From NCBI GenBank assembly GCA_041651155.1, contig JBAZJU010000001.1, positions 27,932 through 91,931 on the forward strand: DNA of 64,000 nt. The letters are read 5' to 3'. The notes below the pieces were generated by a model. It searched no databases. It saw only the letters and a program-made list of their open reading frames with translations, and had not been told where the DNA came from. Source of the stretch: Patescibacteria group bacterium (GTDB lineage Bacteria; Patescibacteriota; Patescibacteriia; CAIXNZ01). Each line of letters starts with the position of its first letter. Positions within the stretch are counted from its first letter, which is position 1. Below, piece after piece: positions 32,460 to 41,715 of this stretch. Made by a program: the position numbers and the translations under genes.

Positions 32460-34661
32460 ATGCTTTATTTTTCACTTAGCGCATTAATTAATGCAATTAC
32501 AAGTTTAATCCTTGGTGTTTTTGTTTTGTGGAAAAATCCGAAGGATAAGATTAATAGATCTTTTTTTTATTTTTGTTTCAGTGTTTTTATATGGTCATTT
32601 GGCTATTATTTCTGGCAAATTTCCAAAGACTCTGATACTGCATTATTTTGGCTAAGATTATTAACTTTCGGTTCTGCACTTATTCCACTTTTTTATTTAT
32701 ATTTTAGTTTAGTCTTTGCAAAGAAGGAAAGGAATAAGGGAGTTGCATATTTTTTTATAATATCAATAATTTTAGCCCTTTTAAGTTTAACAAACTATTT
32801 AGTTGTAGGAGTGGGTAAAAAATTAATTTTTAATTTTTGGCCAATACCTGGAGCATTATATCCTTTTTTGCTTTTAGTTTTTTTTGCTTATACTATATAT
32901 TCCTCTGTTATCCTTTACATTGAATATAAAAATTCGTCAGGCTTAAGGAAAGAACAATTAAAATATATTTTATTCGGGTTTATCGTTGGCTTTATAGGTG
33001 GAAGTACAAATTTTTTATTATGGTATAATATACCATTTCTTCCTATCGGCAACATTCTAGTATCGGTTTACGTCCTAGCAACTACCTATGCAATTATAAG
33101 GTATAGGTTTATGGATATTAGAGTTGTAATTAAACGTTCGGCTATTTTTACAATTTTAGTCTTGCTGATAACCTCAATTTATGCACTTTTTACCTATTTA
33201 GTTAGTATTTTTTTTCAGGGTATTATTGGTACCCAATCTGTCATTGTGAATGGTGTGATAACTGCCGTTCTAGTTGCTTTAGGCTTTGAGCCTTTAAAGA
33301 AATTCTTGTCTCAAATCACAGACACTTTTTTATTTAAAGCTGAATACAATCCTCAGCAGGTTTTGGGTGAATTTTCAGATAAATTATCTTCTACTTTGAA
33401 TCTGGATGAATTAACCCAATTTTTAGTGAAAAAAACTAGCGAGGTATTTAAGTGCACCAAATCCTCGCTTTATTTATTTAATCCAGATCATCAGGAATAC
33501 CAGGAAAAAGCCATGTGGGGCAAGCGCAGCGTAGAACCAATGGCAAAAATTGAGCCCAAATTATTTAATAAAATTTTCAGCTACCTCAAGCAGATTGGCA
33601 AAGCCAAAGATGTCATTGTCAGGGAAGAAATTAAAAAAATTAATGAGCAGTATAAAAATCAGGTTTTAAATTTACTGATTAAACAATTAGATGAACGCGA
33701 AGTGAATTTAATTGTGCCGTTTTATGTGAAGGAAGAATTAATAGGCATTTTATTTTTAGGCGACAAGAAATCCGGAGATGTTTATTCTCAGCAGGATTTA
33801 AATGTTTTGGAAATCATTGCTGGCCAGTCAGCGGTTTCCATCCAGAATGCCGGGCTTTTTGAAGAGCAAAAGCACTTTGCCGAGCATTTGAAACGCGAAG
33901 TTGATAAAGCCACCAAAGAATTACAAATTGCTAATGTGCAGTTAAGGAAATTAGATAAGGCTAAGTCAGAATTTATTTCCATTGCTTCCCATCAATTACG
34001 CACGCCTTTGACAGTTATCCGCGGCTATATTTCCATGATTGAACAAGGTGATTTTGGCATTGTCTCGCATAAAGTTCAAGAACCATTGGACCGCGTTTAT
34101 AAAAGTACCATGAGAATTATTGGCCTGGTTGAGGATTTATTAAATATTTCGCGCATTGAAAGCGGCCGTTTGAAATATGATTTTAAGCCAACTGATTTAC
34201 CTGCTTTGGTGGCTGATGTTTATGAGGAATTAAAACAGCAAGCTAAAAATAAAAGTCTGCAATTTGAATTTATCAAGCCAACCAAAGAAATTCCCCAGCT
34301 GGTGCTTGATCAGGGTAAAATCAGGGAAACGATTATGAATCTGATTGATAATTCCATTAAATACACTGATGCTGGTTTTGTCAGAGTAAAACTAGAACGC
34401 GATGATGACCATGTTACTTTGAGCGTCAGTGATTCCGGCCGCGGACTTGCGCCAGACGAAATACCATTATTATTTCAAAAATTTTCTCGCGCCAAAGGCG
34501 CGCAGCTGATGCACACCGAAGGCACTGGCTTGGGTCTTTATATTGCCAAAAATATTATTGCCAAGCACGGAGGCAAGATCTGGGTGGAAAGCCCTGGGAC
34601 TGGCAAAGGCTCAACTTTTTATATTAGGTTTAGGATAAATAATAAAAGGCTGGAGAAATAA
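32460..34661 (+). CDS. sensor histidine kinase (multi-TM sensor, GAF-like region, HisKA, HATPase_c)
   Basis: H-box SIASHQLRTPLTVIRGY. ATPase N/G boxes IDNSIKYTD and GTGLGLYIAKNII. At least 6 N-terminal TM helices. No adjacent response regulator. Confidence 0.8.
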   Translation: MLYFSLSALINAITSLILGVFVLWKNPKDKINRSFFYFCFSVFIWSFGYYFWQISKDSDTALFWLRLLTFGSALIPLFYLYFSLVFAKKERNKGVAYFFIISIILALLSLTNYLVVGVGKKLIFNFWPIPGALYPFLLLVFFAYTIYSSVILYIEYKNSSGLRKEQLKYILFGFIVGFIGGSTNFLLWYNIPFLPIGNILVSVYVLATTYAIIRYRFMDIRVVIKRSAIFTILVLLITSIYALFTYLVSIFFQGIIGTQSVIVNGVITAVLVALGFEPLKKFLSQITDTFLFKAEYNPQQVLGEFSDKLSSTLNLDELTQFLVKKTSEVFKCTKSSLYLFNPDHQEYQEKAMWGKRSVEPMAKIEPKLFNKIFSYLKQIGKAKDVIVREEIKKINEQYKNQVLNLLIKQLDEREVNLIVPFYVKEELIGILFLGDKKSGDVYSQQDLNVLEIIAGQSAVSIQNAGLFEEQKHFAEHLKREVDKATKELQIANVQLRKLDKAKSEFISIASHQLRTPLTVIRGYISMIEQGDFGIVSHKVQEPLDRVYKSTMRIIGLVEDLLNISRIESGRLKYDFKPTDLPALVADVYEELKQQAKNKSLQFEFIKPTKEIPQLVLDQGKIRETIMNLIDNSIKYTDAGFVRVKLERDDDHVTLSVSDSGRGLAPDEIPLLFQKFSRAKGAQLMHTEGTGLGLYIAKNIIAKHGGKIWVESPGTGKGSTFYIRFRINNKRLEK

Positions 34662-34769
34662 TTAGAAAAAATAAAAAATTGCCTTGTTGGGCAATTTTTT
34701 TGATTGGTTAATTTTTTGATTAATAAAAAAAGCGGCTCAGGTGTAAAGCCTAGCCGCTTGTTAAGACAT

Positions 34770-35363
34770 TTACTGCGGTTTGCAGTGAAGAGCGATTTTG
34801 TTTTCATCGCTCAACGTGATATCAAGAAAATCCTCGGGAAGAACAGGAAACTCGCTGTATCTTGGAAAGGTTATAAATTTATAACTTTCCATTCTAAAAG
34901 AATTACCGTATTTCTGTTTTTCCCATTTGATTAATTCTTTAAGCAGCCCAAGCGGGCAGAAGTGAAGACCAGATTTAATCTCCGCTTTTGGTTTGAGCAC
35001 GAAGTTAAAGATGAGCCCAGTATTGGTGCCGTTCGTAGGTCGTTCGGTTGTCTTGTGGCTTATCCACCAATCCACGCCATTTTCCCACTGCCTGGGATGT
35101 TTATTGCATTCTTGGATTGGCACAAGAACATCAACATCTTTGTGTTCTGCAAAGATGCGGGGGGAGGTGGTGCCTTTCCAAATTTCTTTGGCTAGTCCGC
35201 CGATAAGTATACCGACGGCATTATAATTCTTAAGCACTTGGTCTGCCACTTTAAGCCCTTCAATCCCACAAACGGCATTTAGCGGACTTGGCGCTCTCCA
35301 TTCAAGACGTAGATCCAAACTCATTCTAAGTGCCATCATATTTTTCCCCTCCTTTGACTTCAA
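34770..35363 (-). CDS. putative nucleotidyltransferase-fold protein (minimal NTase-like GG...DxD), uncertain
   Basis: VGILIGGLAKEIWKGTTSPRIFAEHKDVDVLV resembles the hG[GS]...DhDh motif. Overlaps the upstream metallophosphoesterase gene by 11-38 nt depending on the start chosen. Confidence 0.3.
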   Translation of the reverse strand: MKSKEGKNMMALRMSLDLRLEWRAPSPLNAVCGIEGLKVADQVLKNYNAVGILIGGLAKEIWKGTTSPRIFAEHKDVDVLVPIQECNKHPRQWENGVDWWISHKTTERPTNGTNTGLIFNFVLKPKAEIKSGLHFCPLGLLKELIKWEKQKYGNSFRMESYKFITFPRYSEFPVLPEDFLDITLSDENKIALHCKPQ

Positions 35364-36840
35364 TTTCTAGTGTTTCCGTATTAATGAGCACAGTTTGTAA
35401 GCTGTGTATGTGCTCGCCACCAGGATTAATACAGAGCGTATTTCCGAGTAAAGTGACATTGGCGCCATAAAGCCGTGGCGCTTCATGGATGTGGCCGAAA
35501 AGAGCTATTTGTGGTTGCGCTTCCAGAATGAATTGCATTATGCCCTGACTGCCTGCGTGTTTTTGGCCATTCACTTGATCCAACACTTCGTAAGGTGGAT
35601 TATGAATTACCCAAACTGCTTTTTGTTCGCCAAGCTGGTTTTGCAAAACACGAAGCTCCGCCAGGATTTCTTTTGATTTTTTTTCCCAGGCTCGGTACAG
35701 GATTTTTGGTGGCAGGGATTCTACAAAGCTGTAGCCGACGATCGCAAAGTTTTCATCTAATTTGTGGATTTTACCGTGAAGATAGTAGATTATTCCTTCG
35801 CGTTCAGCTTCTTCTAGCAATGATGCGTTCTCAATCAGGTCGTCATTGCCGAGCATTGCATAGACTGGTTTATTGTTGTTGGCTGCTCTCCATTGTTTTG
35901 TCAGAGGCAGAAAAAATTTCTGAAAGAATTTCTGCTGAGCCTGTTTAAGGTGAGCAGGATCTTCTGCTTTATTTTTCAGTTGCGCTATGTTTGAATGTTT
36001 CGCCAAAGAAGCGATATGGGTTTCTTCCAGGATCGTTTTGTAGGCATGAGCCCGAAAGAGTCTTGTATTTGTGTCCTTGAATGATTGGAGAATATGCTTT
36101 GCCAGCGGGCTTTTATGCTCAAGTAAAACTTTTTCAACTCCGTGGGTAATCTTTGTCATTTGCCCTTGATAGAGCTCAAATAGAATGCACTCCAGCAAAT
36201 ATTGCGATGGTGCCCATTCAGAGAAATTTTTTATTTTTGAGCCAAGAGCCAGCGAACACTTGTGCGTAAAGGCATCGCGCATTGCTTCAGTCCAAGTCTC
36301 CTCTTCCTGCTTTAGCCAATCCACAACGCAATCACCTAAAATATCCAGCTCCATTTCAGAAAGCTGGAGTTGAGCCGGTTTCCCGACTGGCTCAGCGCTT
36401 TTGAAAAAAGCATAGAGCTTTTCAAGTATGATTTGTTCCATCATTAAGGTTTCAAACTCATAGAACTTGTTTGTCAGTTCATAGAGTATGTAGCCTTGTC
36501 GCTCTAGATGCCTTGCCAGAATTGCAGAGCCGATTCTCTCATTGAAAGTTTTGATGGCTTGCAAACTCTCTAAATAAGAATTTGATTTTAAGCTCTGTTC
36601 GAGACTGTCAGTCGGAATGACTTCGCCGTCTATAAGCGGCAGATCTTCGTCGTTAATTTCGTAATTTTCTTCTTCAGAGTAGTCAGGGTGCTGTGCAAGT
36701 TTGATAGCTACTGACTTGGGAGTCAGATCGCCACCAAAAACTATTGCATCAGCCTGCTCTTTTTGAGCTAGTCTGAACACAGCTTCAATGGCGTTTTGAT
36801 TCCCGTGTAGATCGGTAGCGTATACAAACCGCATGATCAC
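35326..36840 (-). CDS. calcineurin-like metallophosphoesterase with ~270-aa helical insertion
   Basis: Motifs YATDLHGN, GGDLTP, GNDD, and GHIHE. A long insert separates motifs II and III. Confidence 0.65.
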   Translation of the reverse strand: MIMRFVYATDLHGNQNAIEAVFRLAQKEQADAIVFGGDLTPKSVAIKLAQHPDYSEEENYEINDEDLPLIDGEVIPTDSLEQSLKSNSYLESLQAIKTFNERIGSAILARHLERQGYILYELTNKFYEFETLMMEQIILEKLYAFFKSAEPVGKPAQLQLSEMELDILGDCVVDWLKQEEETWTEAMRDAFTHKCSLALGSKIKNFSEWAPSQYLLECILFELYQGQMTKITHGVEKVLLEHKSPLAKHILQSFKDTNTRLFRAHAYKTILEETHIASLAKHSNIAQLKNKAEDPAHLKQAQQKFFQKFFLPLTKQWRAANNNKPVYAMLGNDDLIENASLLEEAEREGIIYYLHGKIHKLDENFAIVGYSFVESLPPKILYRAWEKKSKEILAELRVLQNQLGEQKAVWVIHNPPYEVLDQVNGQKHAGSQGIMQFILEAQPQIALFGHIHEAPRLYGANVTLLGNTLCINPGGEHIHSLQTVLINTETLEIEVKGGEKYDGT

Positions 36841-37001
36841 CTTACCTCCTTTTTGTTGTCAAAAAACGTTAGTTAAAATCAACTATAATTATATTTCAGA
36901 ATTTTAAAGTATAGCAATAATTAGGCATAAAGTCAATAGTAGCACTGGTAAATATTTTTTGCGACTTAAAAAAATTGCTTTTTTAGAGCAATTTTTTTTG
37001 A

Positions 37002-37075
37002 TGGGCGCTGGAGGGATCGAACCCCCGACCTACTCGGTGTAAACGAGTCGCTCTAACCAGCTGAGCTAAGCGCCC
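37002..37075 (-). tRNA. tRNA-Val (anticodon TAC)
   Basis: Reverse-complement folds as GGGCGCT/AGCGCCC acceptor, anticodon stem ACTCG/CGAGT with loop TTTACAC, and T-arm GGGGG TTCGATC CCTCC. Confidence 0.8.
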
Positions 37076-37211
37076 TGGAATAACTAATAACTTATAACTA
37101 TAACAATAACTCTTGGTATGCGCTTAGCGAAGCTGGTTGCCGTCCGTAAATACTTTAATTCACAACTGCCTGCCTGCCGTAGCTTTAGCGAAGGCAGGAG
37201 CTAAGCGCCCT
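37076..37211 (-). repeat. tRNA-Val-leader repeat unit A (136 nt)
   Basis: Minus-sense begins GGGCGCTTAGCTC, the first 13 nt of tRNA-Val(TAC). It is followed by the hairpin CCTGCC-TTCGCTAAAGCTACG-GCAGG, then GCAGGCAG, then the box AACCAGCTTCGCTAAGC. Confidence 0.5.
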
Positions 37212-37376
37212 AGAATAACTAATAATTTATAACGATAACAATAACTTTTGTAAGGAGCTTAGCGAAGCTGGTTATCACCCATAAATACATACTAACCAAA
37301 CTGCCTGCCTGCCGTAGCTTTTTTATCCGCCGAAGCTTTAGCGTAGGTGGAAGCGAAGGCAGGAGCTAAGTGCCCT
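37212..37376 (-). repeat. tRNA-Val-leader repeat unit B (165 nt), with nested mini-hairpin insertion
   Basis: Begins GGGCACTTAGCTC. Same architecture as unit A, plus an extra CCACCTACGCTAAAGCTTCGGCGG element inserted in the hairpin loop. Confidence 0.5.
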
Positions 37377-37393
37377 TGGATTTTTTTTGCGGG

Positions 37394-37475
37394 TGCGCGG
37401 GAGAGGACTCGAACCTCCACGCCTTGCGGCACAGGCACCTCAAGCCTGCTTGTCTACCGGTTTCAACACCCGCGC
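37394..37475 (-). tRNA. tRNA-Leu (anticodon GAG), long variable arm
   Basis: Reverse-complement folds as GCGCGGG/CCCGCGC acceptor, anticodon stem CAGGC/GCCTG with loop TTGAGGT, a 13-nt variable arm, and a T-arm with TTCGAGT loop. Confidence 0.75.
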
Positions 37476-37482
37476 AAAAGGT

Positions 37483-38190
37483 TTAATTTATATTATCAAG
37501 TATATTAAAAATTTTCAAGCGTTTTCTTCGTAAACATGGTATTTTATCTGAATAATAAATTTTTTTTAGTAAAATTTTCGATTCATTCTTGGCATATTTT
37601 AGTTGATATATTGTAGATTTTTTGGCATGAGTAATGTGCCCATTTAGATTAATAATTTGTTTGATACTTTTCCTTAACCATAAAATATGTTGTTTGCTTG
37701 CAGACACGAAAGTCGTATAAAACATTAAACTTGATTTCCAGCGTTTATCCCAATAAGAATAAAAGGAACCATCTCCATCAAAGTGACCTCTTAAAAAATC
37801 AAAAAAATATTGTTTAGGAATTTTTATGTCATTTAATATTTTCGTTTTGTTTGGCATTAACCCTATGCTTAATAAGAATTTATAAAAATTAACATCCCCA
37901 AATTGAATTACATAATATTTTTTTATTTTATTTCCACCCCGCGATTTTTTACCAATTTTGTTCGTTAATTTTAATATTTTTTTGAATTTTAAAACAAGCT
38001 CTTTGTCCTTAGATGTAAAGTGAATGTGCCTCTTATCAGATGAAAGATTTCCATCGGTTGTAATTAGTCCAATAATATAGGCAAACTCTGGAGCCCATTT
38101 AATTAAAATTTTTGATTGTGGTTTTGACATAATTATCTCAAATTCAAAGCGTCTGCCAATTTTATTATATAATATTTTTACTCTTAACAC
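37483..38190 (-). CDS. LAGLIDADG-family homing endonuclease (two-motif, free-standing)
   Basis: Two LAGLIDADG motifs: FAYIIGLITTDGNL and FLRGHFDGDGSF. Stop codon is 8 nt from the tRNA-Leu 5' end. Confidence 0.75.
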   Translation of the reverse strand: MLRVKILYNKIGRRFEFEIIMSKPQSKILIKWAPEFAYIIGLITTDGNLSSDKRHIHFTSKDKELVLKFKKILKLTNKIGKKSRGGNKIKKYYVIQFGDVNFYKFLLSIGLMPNKTKILNDIKIPKQYFFDFLRGHFDGDGSFYSYWDKRWKSSLMFYTTFVSASKQHILWLRKSIKQIINLNGHITHAKKSTIYQLKYAKNESKILLKKIYYSDKIPCLRRKRLKIFNILDNIN

Positions 38191-38289
38191 AAGTTTATTG
38201 ACATTGTTTTCCTATTCTGTAAATATTAAGGCAAGTAAAACGGGGGCCAATTATGGTCCTTTTAAAATTTCAAGAAGGAGGTAGGTGAA

Positions 38290-39627
38290 ATGGCAGAGTT
38301 CAAGGTTTTGCTGATTGGTTCGGGAGGCAGGGAGTATGCTTATTTAAGAAAGCTACTTCAAGCCTCGGAGGTGTTTGTTCATGTTGCTCCGGGCTTAAGC
38401 GGCATGCTGTATTTTCTTAATGAGGAAGAGCGCAGCCGGGTTAAGCTTTATCCGGAAGTAAAAGCAACTGACGTTAAGGCGATTTTGCAACTGGCGCAAA
38501 CAATCATGCCCGATCTGGTTGTGGTCGGGCCTGAAACGCCGCTAATCTTCGGCCAGGCTGATGAATTGCTCGCCAAGGGCTTGAAGGTTGTCGGCTTTAC
38601 GGCCAAGGGCGCGGAACTGGAAAACAATAAGGCCATGGCTAAAGCAGTTTATCAGCAGCTTGGTGAGCCGACTGCTCCGGGCAAGCTGGTGCTAAGCCTG
38701 CCAGAAGCCATTCCTTTTATTGAGCAATGCCGCCGTGATGGCATTCCTTTAGCTTGCAAAACCAACCACGAAGCAGCGGGCAAGGGCGTTATTGTTCCGT
38801 CGCCCGAAGGCCAGGATGGCAAAGATCACTGGACCTTGGTGGAAGAAACCCTGGTTCAAATGTTTGATCCTAAAAAGCCTCTTGGCTTTTTGTCCAAAGC
38901 CGTCTTGCTGGAGCATTGCTACCGCTCGTTGAGAGAGTGGTCAGCCATGTACTTGCTGGGCAAGAATGGCTTTTGTTTGCCCTGGATGCCAACTAAGGAC
39001 CACAAACTGCTGCACGGCAATAACACTGGCGGCATGGGCATTGTTACCCCGGCGCCGGGATTTTCCATGGCTGACATGAACAAGCGATTGGGAATAATTG
39101 CCAAAGTGCGTCAATATCTGGCAGACAGATTTGGCATTGAGCTCTGCGGAATCCTTTACGAAGGATTGAATCGCATTGGCCTGATCGATTATCTGCTGGA
39201 AACAAATATCCGCGGCGGTGATCCAGAAACCCAAGCCCAGCTGGAATATATTCTGGGAGTGGCTTTCCACGAACTGCTTTTGGCAGCATGCGAAGGCAAT
39301 ACCGGCATTTTAAGCCAAGTAAAAGTGCCAGAAGACATGGTATCAGTTGGCGTGGTCATGGCTTCCACGGGTTATCCAGGTGATTATTCTGCCCAAAAAG
39401 GCAAGGAAATCATCATTCCCCGAGATCTACCGGAAAACGTAATTATCCATCCTGCTGGCCTGGTCTTGGAAGACAACAAACTGAAGATTGCTGGCGGCCG
39501 AGTATTAATGGTTTCTGCCAAAAGAAAAACAATACCCGAAGCCAGGGACATTGTGTACAAAGTGGTCAAGGAAATACAACATGACGGTGCTTTAGACTGG
39601 CGCGAGGATATTGGCATCGCTGCCTAA
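38290..39627 (+). CDS. purD: phosphoribosylamine--glycine ligase
   Basis: N-terminus MAEFKVLLIGSGGREYAYLRKL and ATP-grasp architecture. 445 aa. Confidence 0.85.
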   Translation: MAEFKVLLIGSGGREYAYLRKLLQASEVFVHVAPGLSGMLYFLNEEERSRVKLYPEVKATDVKAILQLAQTIMPDLVVVGPETPLIFGQADELLAKGLKVVGFTAKGAELENNKAMAKAVYQQLGEPTAPGKLVLSLPEAIPFIEQCRRDGIPLACKTNHEAAGKGVIVPSPEGQDGKDHWTLVEETLVQMFDPKKPLGFLSKAVLLEHCYRSLREWSAMYLLGKNGFCLPWMPTKDHKLLHGNNTGGMGIVTPAPGFSMADMNKRLGIIAKVRQYLADRFGIELCGILYEGLNRIGLIDYLLETNIRGGDPETQAQLEYILGVAFHELLLAACEGNTGILSQVKVPEDMVSVGVVMASTGYPGDYSAQKGKEIIIPRDLPENVIIHPAGLVLEDNKLKIAGGRVLMVSAKRKTIPEARDIVYKVVKEIQHDGALDWREDIGIAA

Positions 39628-39683
39628 ACTTACATAAACACAAAAGGTCGGATTAAAACCCGGCCTTTTCTTTTTGAAAATTT

Positions 39684-39872
39684 TTATTCTTCAATACTAA
39701 TACACTGCACTGGACAGGCATCAACTGCCTGGTCAATTTTGTCTTTAAACGGCGCGTAATCTGGCATTTCTTTGACCTGGCTTTTGCCGTCATCTAAATG
39801 AAAGACTTCAGGGCAAAGGCCTTCGCAGGTGCCGCAGCCAATGCAGAGCTCTTGGTTGACGATTGGTTTCAT
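39684..39872 (-). CDS. 4Fe-4S ferredoxin
   Basis: 62 aa. CIGCGTCEGLCPEV ... CPVQCI. Confidence 0.7.
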   Translation of the reverse strand: MKPIVNQELCIGCGTCEGLCPEVFHLDDGKSQVKEMPDYAPFKDKIDQAVDACPVQCISIEE

Positions 39873-40032
39873 ATTAAATAAATGATTTCCGCCAAAGGCG
39901 GATCAGCCTCTGGCTGAAAATTGTTAGGTTGTTAGTACTCTTTATAGTATGGTAGCAATTTTTATAGGTTTAGACAAGATGGTTGTTTTTTGTTATTATT
40001 ATAAGAGAATTAAATTTTAAGCCAAAACCAGC

Positions 40033-40287
40033 ATGTTATTTGTTAGAATATTTGGAGTAGTTTTATTTATCTTGGGTCCAGTCTTAGTTTTTAAATCTGA
40101 ATGGTTTTTGGAAAACTTTGGACGCATTGAATGGGCGGAAAAACACTTGAGCACAGAAGGCGGGACTCGTGTTTTCTATAAAATTTTAGGCTTGATTTTC
40201 ATGTTTTTCGGCTTAACCATGATTTTTAATCTGTTTGGCGGCATTGTTTTGTGGATTTTTTCACCTTTGCTGCCTAAAGGACAATAA
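40033..40287 (+). CDS. small membrane protein, hypothetical
   Basis: 84 aa. Two predicted TM helices. Confidence 0.35.
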   Translation: MLFVRIFGVVLFILGPVLVFKSEWFLENFGRIEWAEKHLSTEGGTRVFYKILGLIFMFFGLTMIFNLFGGIVLWIFSPLLPKGQ

Positions 40288-40318
40288 TTTTTAATCTTAA
40301 TTTTTTTATTTTAAAAAT

Positions 40319-40870
40319 ATGCCAGTTTCAGGCGGCGCTCAATTTCTTAATCCAAAAGAAATTTTGGGAAAACTTCAAATTACTGAGGGCATGACGATTG
40401 CAGATTTGGGTTGCGGAAATTTGGGTTATTTTATAATCCCGGCAGCCAAACTAATAGGCAAAGAAGGCAAGGCTTATGCCGTAGATATCCAAAAATCTGT
40501 TTTGGACGCGGTTGTTAGCCGGGCGAAACTTGATTCTTTGACCAATATTGAGACTATTTGGTCTAATCTGGAAGATGCTGGTTCAACTAAAATTCCAAGT
40601 GGCACCGTAGATATTGCAATTTTAGTCAATATTTTATTCCAAAATAAAAAGAAAAAGGAGATCATCTATGAGGCTGCGCGTATTTTGAGAAATGGCGGCA
40701 AGGTGATTATTATTGACTGGAAAAAAATTGGCATCCCATTTGGTCCGCCCGTAGAATTACGAGTTGAGCCAAATGTTATAAAAAGCTGGGCGACTGAATT
40801 GAGGTTGCGGTTAATAGAAGAAACTGAATTTGGTGATTATTTCTGGGGCTTAATATTTGAAAAAATTTAA
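40319..40870 (+). CDS. class I SAM-dependent methyltransferase
   Basis: Motif I IADLGCGNLGYF and acidic motif AYAVDIQ. Confidence 0.6.
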   Translation: MPVSGGAQFLNPKEILGKLQITEGMTIADLGCGNLGYFIIPAAKLIGKEGKAYAVDIQKSVLDAVVSRAKLDSLTNIETIWSNLEDAGSTKIPSGTVDIAILVNILFQNKKKKEIIYEAARILRNGGKVIIIDWKKIGIPFGPPVELRVEPNVIKSWATELRLRLIEETEFGDYFWGLIFEKI

Positions 40871-40893
40871 CTTACTAATAATTTTAGCAATTT

Positions 40894-41319
40894 ATGATTT
40901 TCTTAGGAATTGATTGGGGGAAGATTTTTTCCGTACCTTTTTGGTTAGATGTTAATCCAGGCGAATTGTCAGCACGTTTTGAGCAGATGTTTCTGGTTGT
41001 TTTAGCTGTGAGCTATTTAATTTACGGTCTGAGCAAACTGATGGCCAAGAGATTAAAAATAAAACGCGAGTTTGTGCGCGCTAAGTTTTGGGTAAAGGTG
41101 GGTAATTTTTGTCTGACCATGGCCATTTCCTTTACTTTTATTTTCTTTTTTCGTTATGAAGCAATTCCGGTTTTGGGCGGCAGGTTTTGGATTTTTATCT
41201 GGCTGCTGATGGGTGTGATCTGGCTGGTTTATTTAATCAGGTATTATTTTGTCGTCATGAAAAAACAGCTAAGAGAGCTGAATGAAAAGCAGAAATTAAA
41301 TAAATACTTAAAAAAATAA
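40894..41319 (+). CDS. membrane protein, hypothetical
   Basis: 141 aa. 3-4 TM helices. Confidence 0.35.
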   Translation: MIFLGIDWGKIFSVPFWLDVNPGELSARFEQMFLVVLAVSYLIYGLSKLMAKRLKIKREFVRAKFWVKVGNFCLTMAISFTFIFFFRYEAIPVLGGRFWIFIWLLMGVIWLVYLIRYYFVVMKKQLRELNEKQKLNKYLKK

Positions 41320-41358
41320 GATAAGAATAGGCCGGGTTGGCCTATTTTTATATTACAG

Positions 41359-41715
41359 ATGTCTTATAAACAAAATATCGGCAAATATGGGCAAGAAGTG
41401 GCTAGAAAATGGCTGCAAGCCAGGGATTATAATTTTTTAGCTGCAAATTTTTCCACCAGGCATGGCGAGCTTGATTTAATTTTTGAAAAAAATAAGCAGA
41501 TAATTTTTGTGGAGGTTAAAACACGCTTGTCTGATAAATTTGGCCTGCCCGAAGAAGCGGTCACAGAACAAAAGAAAGCCAAAATGTCTGAAGCAGGCTT
41601 AAAATATCTGGCAGCCAATCAAATTGCTAGTGATAATTATCGTTTTGACATTGTGGCAGTGGAAATAGATAAAGCTAATAAAAAAGCGAAAATTAGGCAC
41701 CATAAGGGGATTTAA
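41359..41715 (+). CDS. YraN/UPF0102-family endonuclease
   Basis: RHGELDLIFEKNKQIIFVEVKTR matches the YraN core. Confidence 0.65.
   Translation: MSYKQNIGKYGQEVARKWLQARDYNFLAANFSTRHGELDLIFEKNKQIIFVEVKTRLSDKFGLPEEAVTEQKKAKMSEAGLKYLAANQIASDNYRFDIVAVEIDKANKKAKIRHHKGI

Noticed and set aside
37394-38190. Group I intron hosting the LAGLIDADG gene inside tRNA-Leu
   Set aside because: tRNA-Leu folds as an intact 82-nt cloverleaf. The endonuclease ORF is outside it (8-nt gap) with no recognisable P-Q-R-S elements in the flanks.
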